From: Bacteroidales bacterium | GTDB taxonomy: Bacteria; Bacteroidota; Bacteroidia; Bacteroidales; UBA3824 | Length of the DNA stretch: 40,151 nt | Assembly: GCA_016287995.1 (NCBI GenBank) | Contig: JAEEXW010000001.1 | Coordinates: forward strand, 1-40,151 | Direction: 5' to 3' | Shown: positions 35,960-40,151 of the stretch, in pieces | Layout of the letters: the number at the start of each line of letters is the position of its first letter | Position numbering within the stretch: position 1 is the stretch's first letter | The notes under the pieces: generated by a model | Databases searched by the model: none | What the model was told of the DNA's origin: nothing | The model's input: only the letters and a program-made list of their open reading frames with translations | Position numbers and translations under genes: made by a program

Positions 35960-36358
35960 ATGGCAAAAAAAATTTTAATCGTTGAAGATGACAAAATGCT
36001 CTGTACGATATTTCAGATGTTCGTTCAGGAACTTAACTATGAACTCGTCGGAACAGTGCATAACGGCGCGGACGCGCTCTCTGCGGTAGAAAAAGACGGC
36101 GACATAGACGTAATTTTGATGGACATACATCTTGACGGCAGACTCAGCGGAATAGAAACGGCAGCCTTTTTGGAAAAAAACGGTTACGAAATCCCCGTTG
36201 TGTTCATCACCGGCGACGACAATGCTGATTTGATAGAAGAAGCCACGTTACCAAATGTTTACGGTTTTATAATAAAGCCTGTTTATATGCGCAACCTTGG
36301 TGTCGCAATAGAGTTTGCATGTGCTAAATTTGCCAAAATAAACGGCAAAAAAAGATAA
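35960..36358 (+). CDS. Single-domain (CheY-like) response regulator.
   Basis: It reads MAKKILIVEDDKMLCTIFQ...DVILMDIHLDG...VVFITGDD...IIKP. There is a receiver domain only, with no output domain. Confidence 0.85.
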   Translation: MAKKILIVEDDKMLCTIFQMFVQELNYELVGTVHNGADALSAVEKDGDIDVILMDIHLDGRLSGIETAAFLEKNGYEIPVVFITGDDNADLIEEATLPNVYGFIIKPVYMRNLGVAIEFACAKFAKINGKKR

Positions 36359-36372
36359 AAAAAGAAAGGGAT

Positions 36373-36948
36373 TTATTTTTTATAAAAATTCATTTCGTCA
36401 AGATATTCGAAGGTTTTTTCGGGCATAAAAAACCTCACGTCTTTCCCCTCGCGGATAGACTGTCTTATAAATGTGCTTGAAATTTCGATTATAGGAGTCT
36501 CAACAAGCGTAACTTTTGGGTGGCTGACAAGTTTTCCTCCGTCAGAGCCGTTTCTCGGAAAAACCAAAACGTTATGATATTCAAGTATTTGTTCGTAATT
36601 TTTCCAACGGTCGAGCCTTTCGAGATTGTCAGTCCCCATGATTAAATAAAATTCGCGATCGGGGTATTTTTCTTTCAGGTAGGTTAGTGTGTCAATAGTA
36701 TAAGAAGGTTTGGGCATACGAAACTCTACATCGCATGCCCAAAACTTTTTGTAGCCTTCAATCGCCCGTTTTAGAAGTTCAAGACGGTGATAATCAGGCA
36801 ATAAACTTTCCTTTTGTTTGAAAGGGTTTTGCGGTGAAACCACAAACCAAAGGCAGTCTAATGCTGAATATTCAGTTAAGAAATTTGCCAACATCAGATG
36901 CCCGTTATGAACGGGATTGAAAGATCCGAAATACAGCCCCGTTTTCAT
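36373..36948 (-). CDS. nadD: Nicotinate-nucleotide adenylyltransferase.
   Basis: GSFNPVHNGHLMLA is the (H/T)xGH motif. Also present are IMGTDNL and ISSTFIR (the ISST motif). Confidence 0.93.
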   Translation of the reverse strand: MKTGLYFGSFNPVHNGHLMLANFLTEYSALDCLWFVVSPQNPFKQKESLLPDYHRLELLKRAIEGYKKFWACDVEFRMPKPSYTIDTLTYLKEKYPDREFYLIMGTDNLERLDRWKNYEQILEYHNVLVFPRNGSDGGKLVSHPKVTLVETPIIEISSTFIRQSIREGKDVRFFMPEKTFEYLDEMNFYKK

Positions 36949-36956
36949 TTCCCTTT

Positions 36957-37565
36957 TTATTCGTTCAATCTGTAAATTGCTTTTGCTTCCTCAGCCTGAG
37001 TGTAATCCCAGAAAGGTCCTATCGAAAGTCTCTGGAACGAAAGTCCCTCAAAAAGTGCGTCGGCAAATTCGTTTGCAGAGCCGGAAGACACAGCCGCGGG
37101 GCTTCTTGTGAACTCGTAAGAGCCCATACGTCTCAACTCCGTAAACGCGCATTGAAACCAGTGCATCGTACTCGGAGCGGTAGGCTGCGGAAGTTCGTTA
37201 ATTTTTTCCTTCGACTTTTTGTAATAAATCTTTGCGTTAATCGCCTCTACTTCCGAATAGAAAGGTCCTATCGTAACTTGACGGTGAGCGATTCCCCACC
37301 ATACGGCTTTTGAAAAACTTTTGAGCGAACCCATCATTACTTTTGCTCCGCCGCCAAGGATTTCGATTTCCTTGCGTTTGCTGTCGATTTTCATACGGAT
37401 ATAAAACCAGTAAACATCGGGCGTAGGTTCTTTATCTTCAATGCCTTCGGGGGATTCCGAAGTTACTTTCAAGGTCTTTTCGGGGTCAACAGCCGATGCC
37501 TTGAAACTGCCGCCGAATAGTGTCAATGCGGCAAAGAGCAACAATATTTTTGTAATTTTTTTCAT
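36957..37565 (-). CDS. Secreted two-repeat protein, paralog 1 (each half ends in a GPF(Y/W)...A..YY/YRL motif, SPOR-like).
   Basis: The signal peptide is MKKITKILLLFAALTLFGGSFKASA. The internal halves end HRQVTIGPFYSEVEAINAKIYYKK and FQRLSIGPFWDYTQAEEAKAIYRL. It lies 8 nt upstream of nadD. Confidence 0.7.
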   Translation of the reverse strand: MKKITKILLLFAALTLFGGSFKASAVDPEKTLKVTSESPEGIEDKEPTPDVYWFYIRMKIDSKRKEIEILGGGAKVMMGSLKSFSKAVWWGIAHRQVTIGPFYSEVEAINAKIYYKKSKEKINELPQPTAPSTMHWFQCAFTELRRMGSYEFTRSPAAVSSGSANEFADALFEGLSFQRLSIGPFWDYTQAEEAKAIYRLNE

Positions 37566-37642
37566 CTTTACTAAAAAGTTATTTGTTAAGTTTTATTGTA
37601 CAAAGATCAAAACAAAATTCATACCATTAAATTTTTTTTGAT

Positions 37643-38248
37643 TTACTCTAATAATCTGTAAATCGCTTTTGATTCCTCAGACTCAGTGTAGTCCCAAAAA
37701 GGTCCTACTGTAAACCTTTGGTATTGAATACCTTCAAACAAATCTTTAACAAATTCATAATCAGAGCCTGAGGATACTGCGGCAGGACATCTCATAAACT
37801 TGTATGCCCCGGAGTGCTTCTCTGTCAACGCGCATTGAAACCAATGCATCATCTTTGGCGCGGCAGACTGCGGATGTTCTTTGATTTCGTTTCTGGATTT
37901 TTTGTAATAACTCTTTGCGTAATTTGCTTCATCCTCCGAAAGAAAAGGTCCTACCACAAACTGACGGTGTGCAATTCCCTTTTTAGCGGTTTTTGAAAAA
38001 ATTTTATACGAACCCTTAACAACTTGTGTATCACAGCCTAAAATTTCAATATCCTGACGTTTGTAGTCAATTCTGATACTGACAGAAAACCAGTAAACAT
38101 CGGGCTTTGGTTCTTTGTCAAGAATGCCTTCGGGGGATTCAGAAGTTGTTTTCATTGTCTTTTCGGGGTCAGCCGCCGATGCCTTGAAAATGCCGCCGAA
38201 GAATATCAGCGCGGCAAAAAGCAACAATATTTTTGTAATTTTTTTCAT
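37643..38248 (-). CDS. Secreted two-repeat protein, paralog 2.
   Basis: By eye it is about 60% identical to paralog 1. The signal peptide and first roughly 50 codons are nearly identical at the nucleotide level. Confidence 0.7.
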   Translation of the reverse strand: MKKITKILLLFAALIFFGGIFKASAADPEKTMKTTSESPEGILDKEPKPDVYWFSVSIRIDYKRQDIEILGCDTQVVKGSYKIFSKTAKKGIAHRQFVVGPFLSEDEANYAKSYYKKSRNEIKEHPQSAAPKMMHWFQCALTEKHSGAYKFMRCPAAVSSGSDYEFVKDLFEGIQYQRFTVGPFWDYTESEESKAIYRLLE

Positions 38249-38283
38249 CTTTACTAAAAAGTTATTTGTGAAATTTTATTTTA

Positions 38284-38291
38284 CAAAGATA
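38284..38291 (-). promoter_or_regulatory. Bacteroidota -7 element (TAtcTTTG, minus strand) upstream of paralog 2.
   Basis: The plus-strand caaagata is 36 nt upstream of ATG 38248. The duplicated copy upstream of paralog 1 (37601-37608) reads GAtcTTTG, which is degenerate. Confidence 0.45.
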
Positions 38292-38382
38292 AAAACAAAA
38301 TTCTTACCGTTAAAATTTTTTTTGATTTACAGAGAAATATTTTTTAATTTTGCCCGAACGTAATTTTAAAATTGTCAAAAAA

Positions 38383-39021
38383 ATGAAAGCAAATTTACTT
38401 TTAACGGTTTGTTGTTCATTGTTGTTTATGACGGGCTGCATGGAAAACGGCTCTCAAAAGTCCGACGCAAAAAGCAACACCGAAAACAACACTACAACCA
38501 CCACAACAGACGACGGCAAGACCGACAACGGCGGCTCTACGACCGATGATAGTAAGAAGAACGAAACCAAAAATTCGTTTCAATCAGCAAACGGCAAGTT
38601 TTCGATAAACTTTCCCGCGCCTCCTGCCGGACCGGAAAGCAGCATTGAGCAAAACAAAGCGGGTTTGATGCAAATTTTCACCTACACTTTGACTGTTTCT
38701 GAGTCTGCGGGTTACTTTGCATATTACAAAGATTATCATTCGGGCGTTATAACGGATTCCAACACGGAAACGATGTTGAAAAAAGAGGCTGATAATTTTA
38801 TGAAAAACATCGGTTCTTCTGTTGCTAAATCTTCGTCTGAGCGTCTTGACGGCAACAAAGGTCTCTCGTTTTCCGGCACTTTGAACGACACAATCGCAAT
38901 TAACATGCGTGCGTTTTTTGTCGGAAGACGTTATTATCAATTCGGCACGATAGCCTCAAACTCAGAAATTTCAGAAAAGGATTCAAAAAAATTCATCAAC
39001 TCGTTTGAAATTATAAAGTAA
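38383..39021 (+). CDS. Hypothetical lipoprotein with a Thr/Asn/Asp-rich linker.
   Basis: The lipobox is MKANLLLTVCCSLLFMTGC. The low-complexity stretch is NTENNTTTTTTDDGKTDNGGSTTDD. I prefer ATG 38383 over the track start at 38350. Confidence 0.7.
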   Translation: MKANLLLTVCCSLLFMTGCMENGSQKSDAKSNTENNTTTTTTDDGKTDNGGSTTDDSKKNETKNSFQSANGKFSINFPAPPAGPESSIEQNKAGLMQIFTYTLTVSESAGYFAYYKDYHSGVITDSNTETMLKKEADNFMKNIGSSVAKSSSERLDGNKGLSFSGTLNDTIAINMRAFFVGRRYYQFGTIASNSEISEKDSKKFINSFEIIK

Positions 39022-39032
39022 GAAAATTTTAC

Positions 39033-39078
39033 AAAAAAAAAATTGAATTATGAAAAACTCATAATTCAATTTTTTTTA
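39033..39078. terminator. Bidirectional intrinsic terminator.
   Basis: A 13-bp stem aattgaattatga (39041-39053) / tcataattcaatt (39059-39071) has the loop aaaac. It is flanked by an A-run and a T-run. Confidence 0.85.
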
Positions 39079-39081
39079 TTA

Positions 39082-40151
39082 TTATTTTTTCCTGTTTAGA
39101 AATCCGGAAAGCGTATTCATTAGAATTTTTATTTCAATCGGCTTGGTTATGTAATAGTTGCAACCGGCGGCTATGGTTTTTTCTTTTTCGCCGGTGAGCG
39201 CGTAAGCGGTTTGAGCAATTATGATAACATCTTTGTTGAACTCGCGGATTTTCTTTGTCGCCGTATAGCCGTCCATAACAGGCATTTTGATGTCCATTAA
39301 AATCAAATCTATATTGGAATTTTCTTTCGCTATTTTAACGGCTTCTTCTCCGTTTCGAGCCCAAAGTACGTTGGCTTTGGTTTCTGCAAGAACTTCTTCC
39401 ATATAGATAATGTTCATGTCTTCGTCTTCGGCAACAAGAATTGTTTTGCCTTCCAATGTGCCTTGACCGCCGTTTGTGGTAGAGGCGCCGTATTCGTCAG
39501 CAACGTTGAGTTCGGGATTGTAAGGCAGTGTGAAATAGAAGGTTGAGCCTTCGCCTTCAACTGATTCTACCCACATTTCGCCGCCCAAAAGTTCGGTAAG
39601 TTTCTTTGAAATCGTAAGGCCTAAACCAGTGCCGCTCTGATTCTTGTTGTCTTTCTGCTCTATTTGTCCGAAACGTTTGAAAATCAAGTCCAACTTGTCT
39701 GCCGGCATGCCTACGCCCGTGTCTTTTACATAGAAGAGCAGTTGCTCCGGCGTGTTGAATTTGTAACCGAACTCAATATAGCCTCTGTCAATAAACTTCA
39801 TGGCGTTGCCGATGAGGTTGTTAAGAATCTGTTTGAGCCTGAAAACGTCGGTTTCAATCGTAAAGTCTTCCGAGTCAACTGCTTTTTTCATTCTCAGTTC
39901 AAACGGCTTGTTGGTCATGTCGTTGATTTGGTTTTGCGACATAAAAATCTCGTTCATAACAGGGTTGAGCAGAATTTTCTGTGTTTTTACTTTCAACTGT
40001 CCTGCTTCTATTTTCGAGATGTCAATGATGTCGTTGATAAGGTTCAAGAGGCTTTTACCGCTGCTGCTGATGATTTGCAGGTATTTTTCTTTGTGCTTGT
40101 CAAAGTTTCCGGGTTTTGACAAAAGTTCCGAAAAGCCGATAATCGCATTCA
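39082..40151 (-). CDS. Hybrid sensor histidine kinase/response regulator (HisKA-HATPase_c-REC). The 5' end lies beyond the right edge of the window.
   Basis: The frame stays open to position 40151: (L)NAIIGFSELLSKPG... follows the H-box. The N box is LNNLIGNAMKF, followed by DTGVGM and GTGLGLTISK. The C-terminal REC domain has ILVAEDEDMN...LILMDIKMPVMDG...ITKP. The track's 'M' at 40122 is an internal TTG. Confidence 0.88.
   Translation of the reverse strand, partial: NAIIGFSELLSKPGNFDKHKEKYLQIISSSGKSLLNLINDIIDISKIEAGQLKVKTQKILLNPVMNEIFMSQNQINDMTNKPFELRMKKAVDSEDFTIETDVFRLKQILNNLIGNAMKFIDRGYIEFGYKFNTPEQLLFYVKDTGVGMPADKLDLIFKRFGQIEQKDNKNQSGTGLGLTISKKLTELLGGEMWVESVEGEGSTFYFTLPYNPELNVADEYGASTTNGGQGTLEGKTILVAEDEDMNIIYMEEVLAETKANVLWARNGEEAVKIAKENSNIDLILMDIKMPVMDGYTATKKIREFNKDVIIIAQTAYALTGEKEKTIAAGCNYYITKPIEIKILMNTLSGFLNRKK

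Larger units (their letters stand above)
36955..38332 (-). repeat. Tandem duplication: two units of about 690 bp, each a gene plus its 5' leader/promoter.
   Basis: Both units share catctttactaaaaagttatttgt...acaaagat(c/a)aaaacaaaattc...ttttttttgatttac upstream and ...ctgtaaat(t/c)gcttttg(c/a)ttcctcag at the 3' end. Confidence 0.85.

Overview
This 40 kb window looks like ordinary, gene-dense Bacteroidota chromosome. The phylum call rests on a T9SS type-B C-terminal sorting domain, several TTTG-N19-20-TAnnTTTG promoter matches, A-rich leaders without Shine-Dalgarno sequences, and many lipoproteins. I see no transposase, integrase, phage gene, tRNA, rRNA or CRISPR array, and no recognisable defence island. 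Confidently recognisable genes are a PfkB sugar kinase (partial), a sigma-54-type response regulator coupled to DUF58, queA, malQ with a GH13 amylase, a 5'-nucleotidase, purT, coaX, nadD, an orphan CheY-like receiver and a partial hybrid histidine kinase. Envelope genes include a TSP3-repeat OmpA protein, a DUF3298 lipoprotein, a 1845-aa thioester-less alpha-2-macroglobulin next to a GH3-like/beta-lactamase-fold fusion, and a coaX/beta-barrel/TPR cluster. Worth a second look: (1) two in-frame TAA codons that cut conserved domains (the OmpA domain and an ABCG-type ATPase-permease), plus a frame conflict just upstream of queA; (2) a tightly coupled operon of lipoprotein, small secreted protein, ABC half-transporter with a non-ABC N-terminal region, and an orphan T9SS type-B cargo protein; (3) a roughly 690-bp tandem duplication carrying two paralogous secreted proteins; (4) a cluster of GC-rich hairpins, two of them related by a compensatory base-pair change, between convergent genes; (5) a candidate promoter-to-terminator sRNA in a roughly 500-bp AT-rich intergenic region. 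None of these is demonstrably a new system from sequence alone. All family assignments come from motifs read by eye, not from database searches.
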